This document shows, one piece after another, positions 17,673 to 26,089 of a DNA stretch of 64,000 nt. The position numbers were made by a program, and so were the translations under genes. Source of the stretch: a virus (taxonomy: Duplodnaviria; Heunggongvirae; Uroviricota; Caudoviricetes); the IMG/VR virus record IMGVR_UViG_3300009702_000014, positions 126,445 to 190,444 of that record, one strand, 5' to 3'. Position 1 is the first letter of the stretch. Each line of letters opens with the position of its first letter. Below the pieces are notes generated by a model. It did not search any database and was not told where the DNA came from. It saw only the letters and a program-made list of their open reading frames with translations.

Positions 17673-18109
17673 CTATAGCATTACCAGACGCAGAGAAGAA
17701 GGTTACAATACCATATTATAATACTATGGAGGAATTGCTTGAGTCCCCAGACGTACATTTGCGCCAATTATTCTATAGTTACCTATTTTTTAAGTGGCTT
17801 ACCGCCTATGCAGAATTATTTAGTCAGAAAGTATTTCCCGATGAGGAAATACATGCACATCTGGATGCTGCTTCTATGTCATATCATAACCATCTAGATG
17901 TAGAAACTTTAGAAAATGATGAAATTTCCACAAAGATATTGGAGATTACCGAGTCTAAGGAGTTTGAAGAAAGATATAAGCCCTTTATAGATAATTTTAC
18001 TACCGAGGTTTTTGGGCTCTTTGCCCGAGGAGCACTATCCTTGGATGCGGGAGTTGCTGTGATTGATGAAACTCCCCAATTCGGGAGCTTAAGGACGGGG
18101 CAAGCATGA
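17663..18109 (+). CDS. Hypothetical protein
   Basis: Coupled ORF in the operon. Confidence 0.6.
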   Translation: MAITIALPDAEKKVTIPYYNTMEELLESPDVHLRQLFYSYLFFKWLTAYAELFSQKVFPDEEIHAHLDAASMSYHNHLDVETLENDEISTKILEITESKEFEERYKPFIDNFTTEVFGLFARGALSLDAGVAVIDETPQFGSLRTGQA

Positions 18110-18624
18110 TAGTATTGAAACAAGGGCCATTAAACATAGAAATCACTACGGATAATCCTGTCTACAGCACCTTAAAGAGATTTGTGGGGGAGAGCTTCAC
18201 TGTTGTAATAGACTCTAATAAGGCCACTATACAGAGCAAACACAGAGCAATTAACAGGGAGCCTTCTGCTGAGGAGCTTATTACCTCTCTTCAAAATCGA
18301 GCCGGTAGAGGTGATATAGTTCCACAGATAACTACTACTGTTGTTGAAGACATGGCCCCGTTTGAGATTGTGGTGGACCCTACAAAGATTTTTGAAGATT
18401 TAGATAAGTTATACTTGGAAGATAGTTTAGTCAAGGCACTTCTCCGTTCCCACATCGAGACTGTTTTGGGTACCACGGCCTCTTCCTCGATAAAGGCTTC
18501 CCATTACAAAGCAACAGGGAAGCTCTCCAAGGGGCCTTACTATACAATCTACCGACACATTCCTGATAGAGGACTGTTTTACCTCACAGTAAGAAGTGAT
18601 TTACATGACGCTGCCCGAGAGTAA
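18106..18624 (+). CDS. Hypothetical protein
   Basis: ATGA-coupled ORF. Confidence 0.6.
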   Translation: MIVLKQGPLNIEITTDNPVYSTLKRFVGESFTVVIDSNKATIQSKHRAINREPSAEELITSLQNRAGRGDIVPQITTTVVEDMAPFEIVVDPTKIFEDLDKLYLEDSLVKALLRSHIETVLGTTASSSIKASHYKATGKLSKGPYYTIYRHIPDRGLFYLTVRSDLHDAARE

Positions 18625-18856
18625 CACCTTTACAATAACCGGAGTCAATGGATATGCATGTGTCCAGAGAAATGAAGAAGAGGATAATATAGGAATTGCC
18701 ATGCATGACGTAGAAAGCATCGGAGCCCATAAAGGAGATGCTCTCTGTTTTGAAGATGAAATAGAAGGTAGCCCTATACTTCCAATGACAATAGAAGGCA
18801 AACCTTTTCTTTTTATCCCCATCTCAGGAATTAGGGGAATTATTACGGTCTCATAA
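18596..18856 (+). CDS. GroES-like (Cpn10-fold) protein
   Basis: GAHKGDALCF...IEGKPFLFIPISGIRGII resembles the GroES C-terminal half. Likely start is ATG at 18605. Confidence 0.55.
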   Translation: MIYMTLPESNTFTITGVNGYACVQRNEEEDNIGIAMHDVESIGAHKGDALCFEDEIEGSPILPMTIEGKPFLFIPISGIRGIITVS

Positions 18857-18871
18857 CCCTCGTATAAATCT

Positions 18872-18903
18872 TTAATAATTCTCATTAATGCATAAGTTAT
18901 AAT
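18872..18903 (+). promoter_or_regulatory. Promoter with TTAATAATTCTCAT box, leaderless
   Basis: TTAATAATTCTCAT-N12-TATAAT-N6-ATG(18910). Confidence 0.6.
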
Positions 18904-19287
18904 GTGTATATGAATGAAACTCTTATTACACAAACCCGAGTGACTATCAAAGTCACAGAGACTAAATTTACCATTTCTTACCAGCTTCCCTACGAAAAGG
19001 ACTCCTTTGTAATCTATGGTTATCATGGAGATATGGTATACATCGAAGGCATTCCATTCTATATCCTAGATGCTTGGCTTGGGCCGCTGGATTATGTAAA
19101 GCGTCCTAAGATACGACCACCACAAGAGTTTACAGAAGTTCTCATCTACAACTCATTCTCAAGTGATAGTCTGTATGACGTAGAGTTCAAAGTACGGCCC
19201 GGATATAACTTCTTTGAGATGGATTTTAGAGGGTTCAATGCCTATGTATTCGGGAGGTACAACGAAAGAACGTTCATTTGGGCATAA
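18904..19287 (+). CDS. Hypothetical protein
   Basis: Likely start is ATG at 18910 (leaderless). Confidence 0.6.
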   Translation: MYMNETLITQTRVTIKVTETKFTISYQLPYEKDSFVIYGYHGDMVYIEGIPFYILDAWLGPLDYVKRPKIRPPQEFTEVLIYNSFSSDSLYDVEFKVRPGYNFFEMDFRGFNAYVFGRYNERTFIWA

Positions 19288-19299
19288 GTAAGGGGATTT

Positions 19300-19758
19300 A
19301 TGAGCTACACAATAGAAGAAGTACGGGACTACATACGTCAGTCCTCAGAATCATCCAAGATTTACATTGGCTGCGACTCGCGTAATCTCAGCCGCCGCCG
19401 CAAGCCAACTACCTTGTACGTAACTGTTATCGCAGTCCACCTGGAGGGCAACAAAGGAGCTAAGGTTTTCCCGTTTTTTGATAGGGTTCCTAGGATTGCT
19501 TCTATGAGGCAGCGCCTCGCACAAGAAGTATATTACTCCCTAGGGAAGTATAATGAAATAGCTGACGTTATTGGTAATAGAGACTTCTATATAGACTTAG
19601 ACTACCACCCGTCTGACCAGCACAAGTCCAATCAGGTTGTCAAAGAAGCCGTTGGTGTAGTGCGTGGTATGGGACTACAATACAGACTAAAGCCCGAATC
19701 CTACGCAGCCACATGTGCGGCTGATTGGCTAGGTAGGCATACAGGCTTTCAAAAGTAA
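19300..19758 (+). CDS. RNase H-like protein (YkuK/DUF458 family)
   Basis: KIYIGCDS, RLAQEVYYS, IDLDY, YRLKPESYAATCAAD. Confidence 0.8.
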   Translation: MSYTIEEVRDYIRQSSESSKIYIGCDSRNLSRRRKPTTLYVTVIAVHLEGNKGAKVFPFFDRVPRIASMRQRLAQEVYYSLGKYNEIADVIGNRDFYIDLDYHPSDQHKSNQVVKEAVGVVRGMGLQYRLKPESYAATCAADWLGRHTGFQK

Positions 19759-19785
19759 AACCCCATCTTAACTGCTGGGGTTTTT
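19757..19785. terminator. Bidirectional terminator between converging units
   Basis: AAAACCCCA-N10-TGGGGTTTTT. Confidence 0.7.
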
Positions 19786-20100
19786 CTTATGTGTTTGGTT
19801 GTAATAAGTTTGGTCGGCCTCCAAGATTTTTAATAGATTATTAATCTTGTCCTCCTGAGCTTGTTCCTCAGGTGTAGGTACCCAAGCTTGTATCTCGCCC
19901 TTATGTGCATTAACTATTTGTTTAACCTGAGTGATAGTTATTTGCTTAATCAATTCCTCTAGTTTCTGTTGGTTGATGGCTGGAGCGACTTTGTTAGCTT
20001 CATTCAAGCTATTCAATCCCCCGATTAATCCCCTCAGTATTGGCAGCAGAAGGGGCCACAATTTTAATAACAACGAAAGTATATTCATCAATTGTCCCAT
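19768..20100 (-). CDS. Membrane-anchored hypothetical protein (lysis-cassette associated)
   Basis: Hydrophobic N-terminus followed by a coiled-coil-like region; AGGAGA SD. Confidence 0.55.
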   Translation of the reverse strand: MGQLMNILSLLLKLWPLLLPILRGLIGGLNSLNEANKVAPAINQQKLEELIKQITITQVKQIVNAHKGEIQAWVPTPEEQAQEDKINNLLKILEADQTYYNQTHKKNPSS

Positions 20101-20109
20101 ATATCTCCT

Positions 20110-20146
20110 AAAATAATAGGGCCATCTGACGGTACAGACGACCCTA
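20110..20146 (-). terminator. Intrinsic terminator between the holin-like gene and the 110-aa gene
   Basis: 12-bp stem TAGGGTCGTCTG/CAGATGGCCCTA followed by TTATTTT. Confidence 0.7.
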
Positions 20147-20166
20147 CTTTCTCCTTATTTTATTGG

Positions 20167-20760
20167 TTAGCTAGCAGGAGGAGCAGGAACGTCTCCCTTA
20201 ATAGACTTCGCAGCATCAGCAGCAGCCTGTGCAGCAGCCGCAGCCTTCTGAGCAGCTTCGGCAGCCTTCGCAGCCTGTTCCTGGGCGTTAGTAACAACAG
20301 CAGCTTTTTGTGTATCTGCCTGTGTAGCAGCACGAAGTGCTCCTGACGCAGCTTCCTGACGGGCAGCCTTAGCCAAACCGTTAGAACCTAGGAAGGCAAT
20401 AAGAGTAAGGAAAGCGGCTTGTAGGGCAGCGTGCCAACCACCGGAACCAGCAAGGAATCCAAGGCTAAACCAGCCACCGATACCACCTAGAAGGACGGCC
20501 ATGCCAGCAGAAAGCCACTGGGTTGCCCTACCGCTGGTCTTGAACCAATCCTTACCAATCGCGGTAAAGAACTTAGTTACCCAAGGCACAATAAGGGCAA
20601 CCGCAGCAAACAGAGTAGTTTGATTCTGATACCACGTGTGGTAATCAGTAACGACTACGGGAACTGTGCTGGTAGCCTGAGCCACTACCAGGCCGATTAG
20701 GGCAAAGAGGGTGACTAGACCAGCAATACGATACCAATTCTTTCGCATATTAATCTCCAT
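20167..20760 (-). CDS. Multi-TM holin-like membrane protein
   Basis: Signal-like N-terminal helix, about three further TM segments and an Ala-rich tail; near the amidase. Confidence 0.55.
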   Translation of the reverse strand: MEINMRKNWYRIAGLVTLFALIGLVVAQATSTVPVVVTDYHTWYQNQTTLFAAVALIVPWVTKFFTAIGKDWFKTSGRATQWLSAGMAVLLGGIGGWFSLGFLAGSGGWHAALQAAFLTLIAFLGSNGLAKAARQEAASGALRAATQADTQKAAVVTNAQEQAAKAAEAAQKAAAAAQAAADAAKSIKGDVPAPPAS

Positions 20761-20776
20761 TTCCTTAAATTAAGGC

Positions 20777-22003
20777 TTAATGACGTGTGTAGCCAGTGAC
20801 GTTGTAGGAGTCAGCGTTAGAGTAAGAGACACCATTTTCAGTTAGAACGGAAGCACCAGTAGCGGATAGCTCAACAAGTGTTGTACCATTCCAGTAGTAG
20901 CGGTATCCGCCTTCGACAGCAAGGGCAGCACCAGAGCGGTTGATGGGTGCCATCTTTTCGGACGGGAATTCTCCACGGTAGCGGAGTAGCCAACCAGAAA
21001 TACCAGTAACCCTCGGGTCAAGGTGGGCACGGAAACCGTCAACCATGTAGATGTAATCGAACATTGGCCATGCATTACGGAAGTAAATCGGGTCAAAGTA
21101 AGCTGTGTGAGTAGCAGAGACACCGTTTACATCAGTGAAGGTGCCGGTAAAGCTATTCAACTCGTTGACATTAGAGTACTGCATTCCTTTCGGGAAGATA
21201 TTGTCCCCAAAGCGGTGGAATCCAGCGTAGTGCCACTTATCAATATATTCATCTTCGGTCCAAACAACACGAGTCGGAGCAGCCTGGGTACCGCTAACAA
21301 TACCAGTATTTACCAAGTCAGTTGTGTAAGCTGTAGCGTCAATCCCACTCGCATCTACCTGTACAAGATGGCGCTGCTCATCGGTGGAACGCTCACTGTA
21401 GTAGTAAAGCAAGTGAACTGGCTTCACGACCGGAACAACAATAGTTTCCTTGGAAACACCAAGACCAATACCATAAGCACCTGGGTCGTAACCAAGTAGG
21501 TTATCGTGGCCAGTAGATAGATATGCCCAATCTAGTTGGAAGTCAGGGAACGGCTGGTCAAGACGTGCCGTGGTGATAGCAGAAGCAGCTAGAGTTACTG
21601 TAGGCTCAGCATTTACTACATCAATCGTGATGGTAGCACCGGTAGCAGCGGTTACTGTATCCGAGTAAACTTGAGCGGCCGTTACACCAGCAGCAATAGA
21701 GTGAGAAGCCTGAGTCGTACCATTGACCTTAACATCAACAGTGCTAGTAACAGTTGTGGTAGCAGAAGGTGTAACAGTATAATCCACCGTCATTGTTCCA
21801 CCTAGCCCAGTAATCTGGTAGGTGTATACGGTTGTAGTAGCACTAGCGGCTCCTACAACAGGACCGGCCACCGTATCTACGATACCGTCACCAACGATAC
21901 CGCCTACACGCTGTAGGAAGAGCTGACCCTGACGGTAGTACTTCTGTAGGGTGTAAGCGCCAGTCTGGACATAGGCACTTGTTAGATAGTCAAAATGAAT
22001 CAT
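20777..22003 (-). CDS. Probable abundant virion structural protein
   Basis: Thr/Val/Ala-rich beta segment, strong GGAGGA SD, codon style like the capsid and sheath genes. Confidence 0.5.
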   Translation of the reverse strand: MIHFDYLTSAYVQTGAYTLQKYYRQGQLFLQRVGGIVGDGIVDTVAGPVVGAASATTTVYTYQITGLGGTMTVDYTVTPSATTTVTSTVDVKVNGTTQASHSIAAGVTAAQVYSDTVTAATGATITIDVVNAEPTVTLAASAITTARLDQPFPDFQLDWAYLSTGHDNLLGYDPGAYGIGLGVSKETIVVPVVKPVHLLYYYSERSTDEQRHLVQVDASGIDATAYTTDLVNTGIVSGTQAAPTRVVWTEDEYIDKWHYAGFHRFGDNIFPKGMQYSNVNELNSFTGTFTDVNGVSATHTAYFDPIYFRNAWPMFDYIYMVDGFRAHLDPRVTGISGWLLRYRGEFPSEKMAPINRSGAALAVEGGYRYYWNGTTLVELSATGASVLTENGVSYSNADSYNVTGYTRH

Positions 22004-22137
22004 AATTTTATATCCTCCAACGTAAATTGTTGGTCAAATACCAACGCACAGACCGTATTTTCCCACCAAGACTTCTTAACATCAAGATGTATGGGTGCGT
22101 AGCAATAATCAATCATAGCACATCGAAATGAACAATT

Positions 22138-22794
22138 CTATTTTTTGCACATGTCTGTTTTCGGGGCAATGTACAGTTTATCGCCCACAATGGACATTCT
22201 TTCTATTTCTACTTCGCAACTACTATTGTCATGGTTAACCAGGAAGACTCGGCTGAATGGAAGAGCTTTACCTTCATATTTGCGAATTCCTTGTAGAACA
22301 TTCTGAGAAAAAGCTTCCATTGCCGAATTTGAAGCGTCCGCCTTGTCTATGGAAGTTACTTCAATGAGAATTGCTGGGCACTTGTTGTCGTCGATATAGA
22401 GTCTATTAAAACGACTTGTAGTTGAGCCTACAACTCTTTGTGTATGTAGATAAAATTGTTCATTCTCGGCAAACTTTTTACTGGCCGCCAACCTTTGTGC
22501 AGCAGCTTTATAGAAGTCAGCATAATAAATCATGGAACCCCCGCCATAAAAAGAGTCTTCATCGAAATGAATCGAAATGAACAAATCCTCGGGGCTGGCT
22601 ATGCTTGTCCTATCATGGAATGGGGTATCAATGTCTGTGGTGCGAGTTTCAACGGTAGTATACCCACGCTGAGTTAAAAATCGACCCAGGTAAGTTGCAT
22701 ATTTTAGAGTATAATTCTTCTCCATTTTTGTACCGTCTTTTGAAACGGCCCCGAAATCCGAACCACCGTGTCCGGCGTCAATAATTATTTTCAT
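22138..22794 (-). CDS. N-acetylmuramoyl-L-alanine amidase (Amidase_3), endolysin
   Basis: IDAGHGG, EK, SIHFD, AILIEV; Zn ligands and catalytic Glu are intact. Confidence 0.92.
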   Translation of the reverse strand: MKIIIDAGHGGSDFGAVSKDGTKMEKNYTLKYATYLGRFLTQRGYTTVETRTTDIDTPFHDRTSIASPEDLFISIHFDEDSFYGGGSMIYYADFYKAAAQRLAASKKFAENEQFYLHTQRVVGSTTSRFNRLYIDDNKCPAILIEVTSIDKADASNSAMEAFSQNVLQGIRKYEGKALPFSRVFLVNHDNSSCEVEIERMSIVGDKLYIAPKTDMCKK

Positions 22795-22812
22795 TAGATG
22801 TCTCCATTCTAT

Positions 22813-25308
22813 TTATGCACCAACGAAGTGTAACCATACATACCCCGCTTGAGCCACAGAATTATTCCAGAAATATAAATAAGCATCTTGAGTATTAACT
22901 TGCTGGCCACTTAAGCTTACTTTTGCGGCATCAATCGCATGTTGCCAACCAGTAGAAATTGGCACTCCAGCATGTCCGATAAATTTAGCATAATGGTCAA
23001 AATATCGCGTATACAGGACATGTATCCATCCATTTGGAGGGTATGCCGCCCATTGATATCTAAGGAGTAAATGATTAGTGTATCCGTAATTACTATTTCC
23101 ATAAGGAGTAATTTCGGTCCACCATCTTTCTTCTACAATTTGGGTACGGATACTATAAGTGTCAGTCAAAACGTTATAGGAGCCTGAGCTTGTAGTAAAA
23201 GAGCTACCAGTAAAGACACCGACATCATAGTTTGGACTACGGTGGGTAGTGGTAAACCCAGTAGTAATACCCCCTGCTGGTTGATTATTTACATACTTAT
23301 ATACCCATTCTTGATTAGCTATAAATGAAGCATATGTTGAATTATATGCCCCACTACTTTGATTAGGACTGTTTACTTTAGCCTGCCCACTACTGTCCCT
23401 GATAATAATACGAGAAGCTGTAGGTGCTGATGTAGCTCCGTGTACATTAGTTTGAGCATTATGGGTAGCTACAGCATTATTAGAAAAATCTTCTGAATAA
23501 GACTTGTTTACAAGCGTGTATTGACTATCTCCAGAGACAACACTGACACTATAACTTAACTTACCCAAACCACTATCTCCGGCCTTATTAACAGGGGTGT
23601 AGCCTAACCCAGGGGTACCTGTAATTGCTGTATTTACCCAATTGGTACCATCGAAGGCAATGATTTGATTTACTGATGGCCCCGCAATAACTGTATCAAA
23701 TAGCCCAGCAAGTGTCAAAGGAACAGCATCAAAATTAGTTGTTGTGCTGTTATAGGCAATCGTATCATGATTCGTCCATGTTGTTGGAACATCATTCAAA
23801 CTCTTTAGACCAATCGTGTCAACAATTTTAAATCCGAAATCTGGATTAAATGAAGTAAGACTGCTCAGACCATTAGCAACTTCGGGTGTAGTAACAAAAG
23901 AGTAATATGTCGAAATGGTACGATTAACAGGATAATAGTCCGCGTTTAGAACATCTCGATTATACCAGGAATCATCATTCTGTTCTACAATAGCACGAAT
24001 GCTTGAGGTACTGGCAGTACTATTTAATAGCCCGACGCTATAAAATAGTACAAATACATCTGGCTCGTATCTGGTAGTCTGAGCAGCATCAAGTGCCTTT
24101 AAGTTAGGTATGCCATTATATTTAATAGCAAGAATTATTCCATCACTATACTGTTGAGTTGCATCCTGGAATAGTAAATCCCCGCTTGTGCTAATGTAGT
24201 TTGACGAAGGAATTTCAATGATTGTGTGGTTTTGTCCATCGAATAAGTATTCGACTAATAGTACGGAAGTATCATCCCCATCGTACAAAGTTCCGTATTT
24301 TGAATAATAATTAGTGGCCCCCGAAACGTGTTCTTCTTGTAATTGCTCCGCAGAAATTACATTGAAGGGAACGGTCGCGGCTGTAAAACTCTCCGAGGGG
24401 TCAATAAGCTGGTTTAGTTGAGTGCTCGTCAAATTCAACTCAATAATTCCACGGGAATAATCAACAACCTTATAGGTTCCGCTAGCTACCGACGAGCCGC
24501 TGCTAGTGTCCTGTGGAACATACACATACAGACTCCGGGACGGGCGATAAAGAATGATATGGCCACCAAAATCAATACTAAAATTGGTATGTGGGAAAGC
24601 TAAACGTGAATTATAGGTAGCAGGATTAGTCAAATCTGTACTAGTTGCCGAGCCCCATGTGTAAGATTCTGTCAATCCAGTTGAATCATACCTCTCGTTT
24701 AATACAGGGCGTGGATATTCAGCGCCCATTGTAATCTTTGAAATTGTTAATGATTGGGTATTAAATGCGCCCGATAGACTTTGAGGAGATGGATAGGCTA
24801 GAGTATAGTTTGTTCCCTGCGGGGAGCCGTTGAATCGTATATCATGATATCCATAGGTATATGTATTTCCAGAACCAGCTACAGGTCTATAGGGTAGTTT
24901 TCTTGCGGTTACAGATGTATTTTCAAATAGAAAGCTAGTAGTTCCTATGTTATCAATATTTTCAGGCAAAAGAGTCCACTCATGCACCTGTGGTTCAGAT
25001 GTTGCAGCATTATATACATCAAATTTGTAATATTCGTTATTATAGCGCCCAAAAAGACTACCAACCTCTGCAACGGTAGGTGAGAAGAAATTAGCTTCAT
25101 TACCCCCGGAACCTTTTAATGTATAGCCGAATGCTACATCGTTAGCAAAATATCCACCATTGTTAGACAATGCTTGTACAGAGAAGCTGAAATTTGCGCC
25201 AATGAAAGTACGAAAGTAGGAAAATAAATCCTCAAAATTATTACCTCCAATTGGCACACCTTCATAGGTATTAAGTGTAGTTAACATAGGATTCTCCTTT
25301 AGTACCAC
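22813..25308 (-). CDS. Baseplate/tail-fibre protein
   Basis: 831 aa, beta-rich; GYTPVNKAGD and HNAQTNVHG fibre-type motifs; position in the module. Confidence 0.65.
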   Translation of the reverse strand: MVLKENPMLTTLNTYEGVPIGGNNFEDLFSYFRTFIGANFSFSVQALSNNGGYFANDVAFGYTLKGSGGNEANFFSPTVAEVGSLFGRYNNEYYKFDVYNAATSEPQVHEWTLLPENIDNIGTTSFLFENTSVTARKLPYRPVAGSGNTYTYGYHDIRFNGSPQGTNYTLAYPSPQSLSGAFNTQSLTISKITMGAEYPRPVLNERYDSTGLTESYTWGSATSTDLTNPATYNSRLAFPHTNFSIDFGGHIILYRPSRSLYVYVPQDTSSGSSVASGTYKVVDYSRGIIELNLTSTQLNQLIDPSESFTAATVPFNVISAEQLQEEHVSGATNYYSKYGTLYDGDDTSVLLVEYLFDGQNHTIIEIPSSNYISTSGDLLFQDATQQYSDGIILAIKYNGIPNLKALDAAQTTRYEPDVFVLFYSVGLLNSTASTSSIRAIVEQNDDSWYNRDVLNADYYPVNRTISTYYSFVTTPEVANGLSSLTSFNPDFGFKIVDTIGLKSLNDVPTTWTNHDTIAYNSTTTNFDAVPLTLAGLFDTVIAGPSVNQIIAFDGTNWVNTAITGTPGLGYTPVNKAGDSGLGKLSYSVSVVSGDSQYTLVNKSYSEDFSNNAVATHNAQTNVHGATSAPTASRIIIRDSSGQAKVNSPNQSSGAYNSTYASFIANQEWVYKYVNNQPAGGITTGFTTTHRSPNYDVGVFTGSSFTTSSGSYNVLTDTYSIRTQIVEERWWTEITPYGNSNYGYTNHLLLRYQWAAYPPNGWIHVLYTRYFDHYAKFIGHAGVPISTGWQHAIDAAKVSLSGQQVNTQDAYLYFWNNSVAQAGYVWLHFVGA

Positions 25309-26089
25309 CGGCTCCTGGCTCTTTAATTACTACTCGATTTACTTTAATTCCGGCCGCAACTATATCATTGATAAGATACCTGAAACTTGGAACATGAAAT
25401 GCTGTAACAAAACTAGTGGAATATATGCTTTGTAGCTTATTAAAGATTAATTGGCTTCCGTCGGCAGCTTGAACATATATTTGTACCGCATTATTATAGT
25501 CATTATAAATAATGGGTGTGGGGCTAACTCCGCCGTCTGGCGTTACATAATGATATATATTAGCACTAGCCAAAGAAATTGGTATAAAAATTGTTGATTT
25601 TTGTAGATTTTTAGGTGTTATGATAACCGTTATGCCATATAACATAGTACCTTTAGCAGAACGAATAGGAGCATCAAAAGACGTGCTATTACCATCAAAA
25701 AAGTCTTTGTAGCTTTCAATAATATCTACGTCTGCCTCTATATTATTAGCCTGCAAAATGAACTTAATACTATTTTTGATACCAGAAATAGTAGAATTTT
25801 GGGAAATGGAAAACAGAATTCTTTGTCGGAAGCTGTCGTCTGTTTCACCGCTGTTTCTAAGCACGTCGAACATATATCCTAATCTATCCAGGTATTCACC
25901 ATATGCTTGAGGATAGATATTTGGAGCATCGCCCGAATATATAAGTGTAGTATTATCAATAGTTTTATTTTGAATATAGAGATTTGGTAGGATGCTTTTT
26001 ACTGTGGTATCTGCCAAAGTTATACCAGAGGAAATACCCCTAGTAAAGTTATAGAGTACGTCTTTTACGGCAGAAAAAATGGACATCAT
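25271..26089 (-). CDS. Baseplate wedge protein (P2 gpI / T4 gp7-like)
   Basis: YGEYLDRLGYMFDVLRNSGETDDSFRQRIL, IVAAGIK. Confidence 0.7.
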   Translation of the reverse strand: MMSIFSAVKDVLYNFTRGISSGITLADTTVKSILPNLYIQNKTIDNTTLIYSGDAPNIYPQAYGEYLDRLGYMFDVLRNSGETDDSFRQRILFSISQNSTISGIKNSIKFILQANNIEADVDIIESYKDFFDGNSTSFDAPIRSAKGTMLYGITVIITPKNLQKSTIFIPISLASANIYHYVTPDGGVSPTPIIYNDYNNAVQIYVQAADGSQLIFNKLQSIYSTSFVTAFHVPSFRYLINDIVAAGIKVNRVVIKEPGAGGTKGESYVNYT

